Shown here: in pieces, positions 1 to 8,453 of the stretch
Layout: every line of letters starts with the position of its first letter
Numbering within the stretch: position 1 is the first letter of the stretch
The notes under the pieces: generated by a model
What the model was told of the DNA's origin: nothing
Database searches by the model: none
The model's input: the letters and a program-made list of their open reading frames with translations, nothing else
Position numbers and translations under genes: made by a program
DNA from: Kiritimatiellia bacterium
GTDB lineage: Bacteria; Verrucomicrobiota; Kiritimatiellia; RFP12; JBMNHG01
Direction: 5' to 3'
NCBI GenBank assembly: GCA_050950285.1
Contig: JBMNHG010000003.1
Span: forward strand, 372,001 to 428,336
Length of the DNA: 56,336 bases

Positions 1-464
1 TCTGTCGTCTCGCAATCGACAACGGGCAGCACCCGAACCTCGCGAAAAACCCAATCCTCGATGTCTGGACTGTCATCAAAGCATGTTTCGATCGTAATTT
101 TGGTGAACCCGATCGCATGAACTTTATAGATCAGTTCCACGACTTCTTTAACTGTCACATCATCATGCACGATAAACGTGACTCGCATGTTCTCGTCGAT
201 CGCGGCGAACTTCTTTAAATGCTCTTCGACCGCCGCAAACTCTTGCTGCTTCTTGCCTCGGAAAAAGAATGTCGTCCTTCCGTCGCTTTTCCCAATGGAT
301 ATGGCTAAGCGGTCGGCCAGGCATTGATCGGCGCAGACAGGGAGGAGCGCTGAAGCCCGATCCTCCTGCATACGCTTCGGCGTCATGCATTGATCGGCGC
401 AGACAGGGAGGAGCGCTAGAAATACAATAAAAATCATCGAACGTATTTGCAGCTGAGTGTTCAT
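1..464 (-). CDS. Putative immunity protein of Rhs1, signal peptide plus ExbD/TolR-like domain (3' end runs off the window)
   Basis: Hand translation from the ATG at 464, 10 nt after the Rhs stop, is open to the window edge: MNTQLQIRSMIFIVFLALLPVCADQC...RVTFIVHDDVTVKEVVELIYKVHAIGFTKITIET.... Lower GC, like the toxin tip. Not in the supplied ORF track. Confidence 0.75.
   Translation of the reverse strand, partial: MNTQLQIRSMIFIVFLALLPVCADQCMTPKRMQEDRASALLPVCADQCLADRLAISIGKSDGRTTFFFRGKKQQEFAAVEEHLKKFAAIDENMRVTFIVHDDVTVKEVVELIYKVHAIGFTKITIETCFDDSPDIEDWVFREVRVLPVVDCETT
321..417. repeat. 31-bp exact direct repeat, 66-bp period, in frame inside the immunity gene
   Basis: gcattgatcggcgcagacagggaggagcgct at 321-351 and 387-417; encodes ALLPVCADQC twice. 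Confidence 0.95.
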
Positions 465-473
465 GGCACACCT

Positions 474-3400
474 CTACTTGCAAGGAGTCTTGGATCTATC
501 TTTGAGCGCGAGGATCTTTTTGCTTGTCCCGTAATCGAGTGCGGGCTGTTTTTGGAGAATTCCCGAGGAGTATTCCTGATGCCACTCCCATCTATGAAGA
601 AGCGATTTGAGTTTGGTGAACTTCACCATTAATTCGGAAAGCAATTCTTCACAATTGCAACATTCGTCTGCTTCGTACGGTGAGACGAGATGTTCGTAGG
701 ACGGAACGTAGATGTTCAGAAAGACCTTGTGATGGTTGAACTCATGCTGCTTGACCGCGATTGGCTGTCCGTTCCAGTATCCATCCATGAGTTCGTGGTT
801 GGGATGCAGGCGCACGATCGGTTTGGCGGTAAGCGTACACTCAATCTTCTGTTTGCCGCCAGGGGGACCAACACACGCGCATGACAGTGATTCGTTGGCC
901 CTATACCCCCCGGGGTTGTCATCCAGTTTACCTTCTTCGATCATGGGATCGGAAACGTCGATGGTGAGGGCACCGAGGAAGTCGAAATAGAGAAACGGGG
1001 TGTTCTTCAAGAACGAGTAGAGATTTGCGCCACCCCATTCCCCAATCGGATCTCTGGAGAGCCACCTCCCCACTCCCGGCCCATACTTCCTAAACAAGTA
1101 CTCGCTCAGTCCCGTGACCCCACACCACGGCTTGGTGCTGAACCGGTGGGTGAAGGTGTCGGCGAGAGGGCCGGTGGAGACGACGATCTCGCCGAAGGGG
1201 GAGTAGCCGTAGTGGGCGGCGACGGCGCCATTCGTGGCGACGTACTCAGTGACGTTGCCGTTGGCATCATACGTGGGCAGGAACACGCCATCGTCGCGGA
1301 CGACGGCGAGGAGTCCGCCCACGCCGCCGGCGCCCTGCAAGGTGCCGTCGAGGTCGAGGCCCCAGACGTTGCGGGTGACAGTAGTCGCGAGACCGGAGAC
1401 GCGGGTTTCGCGGACGATGTTCCAGCCGTCCCAGAGGTACGCGATGCTCACGGGGTCGCCGTCCGTGCGGGCGATCCGCTTCTGGACCATCCGCCCGCGA
1501 TGGTCGTAGGCGTAGGTGACGACGACTTCGGCGTTCGACGCCATGACCATGCGGTTCTCGGCGTCCCACGTGTAAACGAAGCGTCCGTCGGAGGTCATGT
1601 TGCCGTCGGCGTCGTAGGTGAAGGCCTCGGGCGTCTTCGCGACGAAGACCCGGCTCGTAACCGCGTAGACGGTATCGGGGACGTTGGTTCCGGGCGGGTT
1701 GATGGCGGCGTAGACTTCGAGGTCCTTCAACACGTTCGAGGCGGTGTTGTCCGCCGTGTCCCCGCCGAAGAAGTATTCTCCGAGCCTGAAAGCGGGGCGC
1801 TCGTTGACGGTGACGAAGGCGTTGGTGCCGGCCTCGCCGCGGACGGCGGCGTAGCCGGGGACGGTGCGCGACGTGTACTGGTTGAGTTCGTTGGCGGCGT
1901 AGGCGGAGACGAGCGGCGCGCCGTTTTCGTCGTACTCGGCCGCGCCCGTGCGGTTGCCGACGGGGTCGTAGGCGTAGTCGTACGAGAACCCGCGGACGTC
2001 GTTCCCGCCGAGGGTGCGCCGGGCGGAGGTCACCTGCGAGCGGGCGTCGTAGCCGTAGGCGTCGGTCGCGCCGGAGAGGGCGCCGGAGGCGAGTCCGCCG
2101 CGCGCGATGGCCGCGCGGCGGCCCGCCGCGTCGTTTCCGCAGGCGAAGGTGGAGACGCGGGTTGCCCCGAAGGTGTTGGTGACGGCGGAGACCAGCGGGC
2201 GCGGCGGCTCGCAGGCGACGGTCCGAGCGAAGCCGTCGGAGGAGCAGCCGGAGACGAGGTCGGTGCCGGGGAGGTAGGTGCAGGCGAAGACGCGCGGCGC
2301 GCCGCCGAGGTCCGCGACCACGCCGGAGAAGCGGCCGAGGGCGTCGTAGGCGTACCGCACGGCATCTCCGCCGCCGAGGGAGAAGCCCGTGTCGCGGCCG
2401 AGGGCGTCGCAGGCGCGCGCGATGGAGGCGCCGTTCTGCCATTCGTTGGTGAGGCGCCCGAGGAGGTCGCAGGCGTAGAGGTTGGTGGAGACGCCGGCGA
2501 CGACGGCGGAGAGGACGTTGCCGAGGCGGTCGTACTGGAAGGAGACGTCCGGGGTGGCGTCGGAGTATTCCACCGAGAGGAGGTTCCCGGCGAAGTCGTA
2601 GGCGTAGGCGGTCGCGACGCCCCGCGCCCAGGTCCGGGAGGCGAGCTTCCCGTCGGGGGTGTAGGAGTAGGAAACGGCGGAGCCGTCGGCGTAGAGCTTG
2701 TTGGTGAGGAGGCCGGTGGCCTCGTCGTAGAGCCAGCGGGTGGCGTCGAGGGAAGGATGGGACGCGCCTCCGGCGAGTCCGGCGGCGAGGGCGGCGAAGT
2801 CCAGGGCGTCGTCGCGGGCGGTGTACATGGCGGCCATGCGGCCGCAGGCGTCGTACCCGTAGAGGACCGGGCAGGTCGCGCCCCACCGGGCGACGACGCG
2901 GTCTTCGGAGTCGTAGGCGGTGTGGGTGGTGTTGCCTGTCGGGTCGGTGGAGGATACGCGGCGGTTGAGGGCGTCGCAGGCGTAGGTGGTCGTCGCGCCC
3001 GCGGCGTCGGTCTCCGAGACGAGGTTGCCGCGCCCGTCGCAGGCGTAGGTGGTGGCGTTGCCGCGCCCGTCGACGGCGCGGGAGAGGCGGCCGAGGGCGT
3101 CGTATTCGCGGGCGGTGACGACGCCGGTGGAGGAGAGGTTCGTGAAGACGAGGCCGCCGCGGGAGAGGGAGGCCGCCGGCATGGCGGAGGAGGGGCGGAC
3201 CACGATGTCGCGGAAGGCGCCGTCCGCGGGGTCGAGGGTGCGCAGGGTGCGCGTCTCGTTGCCGAGGGCGTCGGTCGCGACGGATTCGGCGAGCAGCAGT
3301 TCGCCGCCTTCCGTCGGCCCGAGGCCGGAGAGGCGGCGGCGGACGGAGCCGGAGGGGACCGGCGCCGCGGAGTTCCCGGCGGGGAAGGTCCAGGAGCGCG

Positions 3401-6011
3401 ACACCTCCCACCAGGCGCCGCCGATCTTCGCATAGGCGGTCTCGTTGGAGGTGGCGCGGTCGGAGAGGAGCGAGAGCGCGCCGTCGCCGTCGAGGTCGGT
3501 CGCGGAGAGGACGGCGGAACCCGGCATCGGGTCGCAGGCGCGGAAGGAGGCCGAGAGGAGCGTCCCGTCCGGCGCGTGGACGCGGGAGGCCACGAGGCGG
3601 CCGGCGCGGTCGTATGCGTTCGTGGTGGACAGGACGCCGCCGCCGGAGGCGGGGCGGAGTTCCAGGACGGCGAGGCCGTTCGGCGCGGTGCGCGTCTCGG
3701 TCCACGCGGGCGAGTTGGTGCCGTCCGGGCCGGCGAAGGAGCGCGTGGCGCGGGTCCCGCCCGGGAGGACGCGGGAGAGGGTCGCGGACTTCAACGCGCC
3801 GTCGAGACGGGCCGCGGAGTACGAGCCGTCGGCGGAGCGGACGGCGAGGTTCGTCGAGGCGAACGGGGTGCCGGGGGCGCGGACGACGGCCTCCGACGAC
3901 AGGCCGCCGCCCTCCGCGTGGGCGTGGAGGTTCGTGACGCCGCGCGAGACGGTCCGGACGAGCCGCCCGGCCGTGTCGTAGGCGCGTTCCTCCGTCTCGG
4001 AGAGGCCGCCGGAGGAGACGGTCCGGGAGAGGATGCGCCCCGCGCCGTCGCGGGCGTAGGAGGTCTCGACGGGAGGGCGGCCGGGGGCGGCGACGGTCTC
4101 CGCCGCGACGCGCCCGTCCGCGTCGTAGGCGTAGGAGGTGGCCGTGCCGTCGGCCGCGGTGCGCGAGGCGACGCGCCCGGCGGCCCACGCGGTCGCGGTC
4201 TCCGTGCCGTCGGAGGAGACGGTGGCGACTTCGCGGTTCTGGGCGTCGAGGAAGGTCTCGGTCCACGCGACGGTCTCGTAGGCGCACTCGTCGAGGTTGG
4301 TCGAGACCGACGTGCAGACGGCGGTCTCCCGCAGCACGACCTGGCGCGAGGCGCGGTGCTCCACCGTCGTCTCCCGGAGGGTGCGGTACGGCACGCCGTT
4401 CGTCGAGGCGGCGCAGCCGTCGATCCTGACGGTGCGGAACCATTTGCCGCCGGGGGCGGGGGTGAAGACGCCGGGGGCGCCGTCGAGGCCGGGCTCGTAG
4501 TCGCCCGAGCCGTAGTACCAGGTCGCGATCGTCCCGTCGGGGCGGACCTCCTGCTTCGGGCGCTTCGAGCAGGCGCGGCAGTCGTCCTCCGGCATCCGCA
4601 CGCGAAGCGAGCGGATGCCCGCGCCCGCGAGCCACGCGGCCGCGGGATCGGCCTCCGGGTCGTCGAGGACGAGCTCTTCGGCGTGGCGGCGGCCGAGGCG
4701 GTCGACCGCCACGGCGCGGGCGGTGCGACGCACGGCCGCGCCCCCGGCGTACTCCGTCTCCACGCGCGGCTCCCACGGCTCGTCCCGCCCGTCGTCCCGG
4801 TAGGCCGGCCGCGGGGGCGCCGCGGCGTTGGTGGGCAGGAAGGGGGCGTAGGACGAGACGACGAGGCGGTCCGGGAACCCGGGACAGCGGTGGAGGACGT
4901 TCGTGGCGCGGCCCCGCGCGTCGTACAGCCACTCCGTCGAGGAGCCGTCCGGGAAGACGCGCCGCCGGACGCGCCAGGAGGCGTCGGCGCCGGTCCCTTC
5001 GGGGCCGTACTCCGAGCGCGTCGTGCGGGCGGACGCGCCGTTGCCCTCGGTCGAGGAGAGCACGAGCCAGCCCGACGGCGTGTTCGTGGCCACCTCCAGG
5101 CGGACGGACGCGAGCGCGCCGTCCGCTCCGTAGGTCCGCCACTCGCGCCGCTCGAGGCCGTCGGAGGGGGGCATGACGGCGTACCGCTCCGTGACGCCCC
5201 CCGCGGTCGCCGCCGCGAACCCGCCCGGGATCCGCGAGACCGTCGAGACCGGGAGCGGGACCCCGTCCCGGACCGTCGCGGCCGACAGGCCGTCGGGGGA
5301 CGCCGTGAACGCGTGGACGACCACAGGCGAAGCGTTGGAGACCACTCTGTAGCGGCCGTCCGGGCCGAAGTCGGGACGCACGTCGGCCGAGCGGTAGAAC
5401 CCGAGCTCCAGGGTGGAGCCGGAACCGGCGAACACCATCAGCCCCTCCGCCGTCCGGATCTGCTCCGGCATGGGGCGGCTCCCGCCGCCCACGACGTCCG
5501 ATTCCGTCGACCGGAAGCCCCGCAGCGAGACCGAAAACGGACTGCCGCCGGAGCCGCCGTCCGCGAGGGCGACGGAGACCTCCCCGGCCGGGGAGCCGGA
5601 CGCGTTCCCGCCGGCCGACACCAGGAACCCGCATCCGGGAGCGTTGGGTTCGATGTCCCCCGGACGCCCGGAGGTGCCCTGGACGAAGATCCTGGTCGTC
5701 GAAGAGCCGGTATGGCGCTCCCCGTGCTCGCAGAACGCCGAAAGCGTGACCGTCACCGGAGGCGCCGTGCCGTCCGGCGCGACCGCGAGCGGGACCACGA
5801 CGTTCGTCGAGACCGTCCCCGTCGTGGTCGAGCAGGTGAAGGAGCCGACCGCCTCGAAGCGGATGTCCCTGTCGCACCGCGTGGCCGTCACCCACTCGGG
5901 CGAGGACACCGTGAATCCGCAGTGGCATCCGCCGCCGCCCGCCCGGGCGCCGGCCGCCGCCAGCGCCAGCGCAGCCGCCAGCCGCATCGCATGCCGCGTG
6001 TTCCGTTCCAT
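474..6011 (-). CDS. Rhs/YD-repeat polymorphic toxin (Rhs1) with N-terminal signal peptide and HExxH C-terminal domain
   Basis: Many YD repeats; Rhs core motifs GAGGVGGLL, YSPFG, RWLSRDPIGEWGGANLY; PxxxxDFLG cleavage-like motif; HEFNH at 732-746; N-terminus MRLAAALALAAAGARA. Confidence 0.93.
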   Translation of the reverse strand: MERNTRHAMRLAAALALAAAGARAGGGGCHCGFTVSSPEWVTATRCDRDIRFEAVGSFTCSTTTGTVSTNVVVPLAVAPDGTAPPVTVTLSAFCEHGERHTGSSTTRIFVQGTSGRPGDIEPNAPGCGFLVSAGGNASGSPAGEVSVALADGGSGGSPFSVSLRGFRSTESDVVGGGSRPMPEQIRTAEGLMVFAGSGSTLELGFYRSADVRPDFGPDGRYRVVSNASPVVVHAFTASPDGLSAATVRDGVPLPVSTVSRIPGGFAAATAGGVTERYAVMPPSDGLERREWRTYGADGALASVRLEVATNTPSGWLVLSSTEGNGASARTTRSEYGPEGTGADASWRVRRRVFPDGSSTEWLYDARGRATNVLHRCPGFPDRLVVSSYAPFLPTNAAAPPRPAYRDDGRDEPWEPRVETEYAGGAAVRRTARAVAVDRLGRRHAEELVLDDPEADPAAAWLAGAGIRSLRVRMPEDDCRACSKRPKQEVRPDGTIATWYYGSGDYEPGLDGAPGVFTPAPGGKWFRTVRIDGCAASTNGVPYRTLRETTVEHRASRQVVLRETAVCTSVSTNLDECAYETVAWTETFLDAQNREVATVSSDGTETATAWAAGRVASRTAADGTATSYAYDADGRVAAETVAAPGRPPVETSYARDGAGRILSRTVSSGGLSETEERAYDTAGRLVRTVSRGVTNLHAHAEGGGLSSEAVVRAPGTPFASTNLAVRSADGSYSAARLDGALKSATLSRVLPGGTRATRSFAGPDGTNSPAWTETRTAPNGLAVLELRPASGGGVLSTTNAYDRAGRLVASRVHAPDGTLLSASFRACDPMPGSAVLSATDLDGDGALSLLSDRATSNETAYAKIGGAWWEVSRSWTFPAGNSAAPVPSGSVRRRLSGLGPTEGGELLLAESVATDALGNETRTLRTLDPADGAFRDIVVRPSSAMPAASLSRGGLVFTNLSSTGVVTAREYDALGRLSRAVDGRGNATTYACDGRGNLVSETDAAGATTTYACDALNRRVSSTDPTGNTTHTAYDSEDRVVARWGATCPVLYGYDACGRMAAMYTARDDALDFAALAAGLAGGASHPSLDATRWLYDEATGLLTNKLYADGSAVSYSYTPDGKLASRTWARGVATAYAYDFAGNLLSVEYSDATPDVSFQYDRLGNVLSAVVAGVSTNLYACDLLGRLTNEWQNGASIARACDALGRDTGFSLGGGDAVRYAYDALGRFSGVVADLGGAPRVFACTYLPGTDLVSGCSSDGFARTVACEPPRPLVSAVTNTFGATRVSTFACGNDAAGRRAAIARGGLASGALSGATDAYGYDARSQVTSARRTLGGNDVRGFSYDYAYDPVGNRTGAAEYDENGAPLVSAYAANELNQYTSRTVPGYAAVRGEAGTNAFVTVNERPAFRLGEYFFGGDTADNTASNVLKDLEVYAAINPPGTNVPDTVYAVTSRVFVAKTPEAFTYDADGNMTSDGRFVYTWDAENRMVMASNAEVVVTYAYDHRGRMVQKRIARTDGDPVSIAYLWDGWNIVRETRVSGLATTVTRNVWGLDLDGTLQGAGGVGGLLAVVRDDGVFLPTYDANGNVTEYVATNGAVAAHYGYSPFGEIVVSTGPLADTFTHRFSTKPWCGVTGLSEYLFRKYGPGVGRWLSRDPIGEWGGANLYSFLKNTPFLYFDFLGALTIDVSDPMIEEGKLDDNPGGYRANESLSCACVGPPGGKQKIECTLTAKPIVRLHPNHELMDGYWNGQPIAVKQHEFNHHKVFLNIYVPSYEHLVSPYEADECCNCEELLSELMVKFTKLKSLLHRWEWHQEYSSGILQKQPALDYGTSKKILALKDRSKTPCK

Positions 6012-6044
6012 GGCGTGGGTTCCTCCCGTGGGTTCCTTCCGAGG

Positions 6045-7136
6045 CTAGTAGAGGCGGATCAACGGATCCGGCGGGGCGGCCGCCTGGGCGCGGGGGTCGC
6101 GGCCGAGGCGGTATTCGCGGAGGTTGGACATGCCGTCGCCGTCGGGGTCGGCGGCTGCGTCCGAGGGGTCGAGGGGATCGAGGCCGTAGAGGGATTCCCA
6201 GGCGTCCGGCATCCCGTCCCCGTCGGTGTCGGGGCCGGGACTGGAGCGCAGGGCGGAGCCGGCGCCGGCCGGGAGGGAGTCCGGGGGCCTCGTCGGGCCC
6301 GCGCCGCCGTCCCCGCCGGCGGCAGGGCCGCGCGGGCCATGGGGGCCATGCGGTCCGCCGTCCTCCCGCGGTCCGGGGTGGGTGCGGGGGCCGCCGCCGT
6401 CCGGACCGGCGGAGGCTCCTGCGAGGGAGGCGACCTGGCCGGGGGAGAGGGCGGCGGCGTAGACGCGGAGGTCGGCGATCGCGCCCTGGAAGGGGGCGAT
6501 CCCCCCGCCGGGGCCGGTGGCGCCGAGGCACAGGGGAGCGTCCCCTGCGGCAGGGGGCGCGCCGGCGCCGGCGGCGACGGGAGCGCCGTCCAGGTAGAGC
6601 GCGAGCCCTCCGGCGTCGCGCACGAAGGCGGCGTGGGTCCAGGCCCCGGCCTCGAGGGCGGGGCCGAGGGGGACGCCGGAGGCGCGGAGGCGGAGGTCGC
6701 CGCCGAGGGACACCTCGAAGCCGCGCGGCGGGTCGGATTCGTCCGCCCATCCGAGGACCGGGGCGACGGCCCCCGCCGGGGGCGCGGCGTCCGGCGCGAT
6801 CCAGAGGGCGACGGTGAAGGCGTGGCCGAGGGTGGCGGCCGCGAAGTCCGGCATGGCGACGCGGGCCGTCTCCTCCGGATCGCCGCCGGCCTCCTCCGTC
6901 CCGTCCGCGGGGACGAAGGCCAGGGCGCCGCCGGAGGGGGACTCCGGGTCGCGGAGGACCGTTTCCGAGAGGATGACGCCGTCGCCTGAGACGGCGGCCG
7001 AGTCCAGGACGATGGGGTCGTCCGCCGCCTCCACGAAGCGCCACCAGCCGACGAGGGGGGGCGGGAGGGCGGCGAGGCGCGCCGCCGCCAGGATGGGGAT
7101 CGCCGCGAGGGCGGGGGGGAGCCGGAAGGTTCTCAT
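6045..7136 (-). CDS. Secreted LamG/concanavalin-like domain protein with C-terminal DxDGDG repeats
   Basis: LVGWWRF, FTVALWI, WTHAAFVRD...LALYLDG, FQGAIADLRVY; DTDGDGMPDAWE and DPDGDGMSNLREY; ATG at 7136 overlaps the sulfatase stop (ATGA). Confidence 0.88.
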   Translation of the reverse strand: MRTFRLPPALAAIPILAAARLAALPPPLVGWWRFVEAADDPIVLDSAAVSGDGVILSETVLRDPESPSGGALAFVPADGTEEAGGDPEETARVAMPDFAAATLGHAFTVALWIAPDAAPPAGAVAPVLGWADESDPPRGFEVSLGGDLRLRASGVPLGPALEAGAWTHAAFVRDAGGLALYLDGAPVAAGAGAPPAAGDAPLCLGATGPGGGIAPFQGAIADLRVYAAALSPGQVASLAGASAGPDGGGPRTHPGPREDGGPHGPHGPRGPAAGGDGGAGPTRPPDSLPAGAGSALRSSPGPDTDGDGMPDAWESLYGLDPLDPSDAAADPDGDGMSNLREYRLGRDPRAQAAAPPDPLIRLY

Positions 7137-8452
7137 GGCAGGGTCTCCTCGGGGCCGCCCGCACCGGGGCGGACGGCGGGTTTGAGCAGCGGGACGAGGC
7201 GCGCCGCCTCCGGGGGGAGCGCGCCGGCGAGGTTCGTGCGCTCGCCGGGGTCGGCCAGCAGGTCGTAGGCTTCGGAAGGCGCGTCGAAGGGAGGGTCGGC
7301 GAGCAGTTTCCAGCGGCCGTCCCGGACGCCCCGGCGGTGCCGCCCGGAGATGCTCGTGTCGAGGACGGCGGGCGCCGTGGGCGCGACCCCGGAAAGGAAG
7401 GAGCCGCTCAGGTCCCGGCCCGTCCACGAGGCGGGCGGGACGCCGCCGGCGAGCCGGAGGAGGGTGGGCGCGAGGTCCACGAGGGCGACCTGGCCCGTGA
7501 CGGCGAGGCCGGGGACGAAGGGGGTGCCTTCGGGCGGGCGGATGACGAGCGGGACGTGCAGTTCCTCGTCGTAGAGGTCGTTGCCGTGGCCGGTGAAGTC
7601 GCGGCGGTCCCAGAAGGATTCGCCGTGGTCGGCGCAGAGGACGACGGCGGTCCGGCCGGCGGAGGGCGATTCCCCGATGGCCCGCAGGAGGCCGGCGAAG
7701 GCGTCGTCGGTGCCGCGGATCTCGGCGTCGTCGGCGCGGACGATGCGGTCCCCCTCGGCGGGGGCCACGCCCTTCCCGTTCAGGGCGGTGATGGGGGGCG
7801 AGGCGTAGCCCTCGACGCCGAAGGCGGCGTCATGGGGGTGCCGCGGGATGTAGTCCCAGTGGGGGTCCATGTAGAGGACGAAGAGGAACAGCGGCTTCGA
7901 GGGGTCCCGGCGGGCGAGGCGGGCGATGGCGAGGCGGGTGACGAGCGGGTCCATGGAGTTCTTCCCGGCGGCCTTGGAGACGTCGCCGCCGACGTCCATG
8001 AAGACGGTGTAGTCGTCGTAGTGGGAAAAGCCCCGCGCGAAGCCGTAGCGGCGGTGGACCATCGGGTTGGCGGTGACGGCGGCCGTCTCGTAGCCCAGGG
8101 CGGCGAGCTCCCCGGCGAGGGTGGGTGCGTCCGGGTCGTGGCGGGAGCCGGGGCCGGTGCGCCCGTGCGCCTCGGGGGGGAGGGAGGTGAAGAGCGACAT
8201 GACCGAGGGCTGCGTCCACGACGAGGAGGGGCAGGCGAAGGCGTAGCGGACGGCGGCGGCCGCGAAGGCGTCGATGGCCGGCGACGTGGGGCGCCCGTAG
8301 CCGTAGCAGCCGAGGTGGCCGGCGCGGAGGCTGTCGACGGCCACGAGGACGATGTCCGGCGGCGGGGCGGCGGGATCCCCGGCGCACGGGGGCGCGGGGG
8401 CGGCGGCCAGGGCGGCCGCGAGAAGGAGCAGGGGGCGGGTGGCGCGCGGCAT
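7133..8452 (-). CDS. Sulfatase/alkaline-phosphatase superfamily protein with signal peptide
   Basis: DIVLVAVDSLRAGHLGCYGY, SSWTQPS, MDPHWDY, ADHGE, HGNDLYDEELHVPL, YDLLADPGE; start inferred at 8452. Confidence 0.9.
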   Translation of the reverse strand: MPRATRPLLLLAAALAAAPAPPCAGDPAAPPPDIVLVAVDSLRAGHLGCYGYGRPTSPAIDAFAAAAVRYAFACPSSSWTQPSVMSLFTSLPPEAHGRTGPGSRHDPDAPTLAGELAALGYETAAVTANPMVHRRYGFARGFSHYDDYTVFMDVGGDVSKAAGKNSMDPLVTRLAIARLARRDPSKPLFLFVLYMDPHWDYIPRHPHDAAFGVEGYASPPITALNGKGVAPAEGDRIVRADDAEIRGTDDAFAGLLRAIGESPSAGRTAVVLCADHGESFWDRRDFTGHGNDLYDEELHVPLVIRPPEGTPFVPGLAVTGQVALVDLAPTLLRLAGGVPPASWTGRDLSGSFLSGVAPTAPAVLDTSISGRHRRGVRDGRWKLLADPPFDAPSEAYDLLADPGERTNLAGALPPEAARLVPLLKPAVRPGAGGPEETLP

Positions 8453-8453
8453 G

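Noticed and set aside
163..483. 106-aa ORF-track entry as the immunity gene
   Set aside because: Another frame starting at 464 has a signal peptide, correct spacing after the toxin stop and a protein-like sequence.
2100..4000. Genetic-code reassignment of TGC or CAC to Tyr
   Set aside because: TGC and CAC encode the conserved Cys and His of amrS, the MBL hydrolase and the exosortase, so mutation is the simpler explanation.
1146..7164. Very long alternative-frame ORFs of 1947 and 1965 aa, and similar ones throughout the window
   Set aside because: Shadow frames of high-GC genes: Arg/Pro/Gly-rich with no recognisable motifs.
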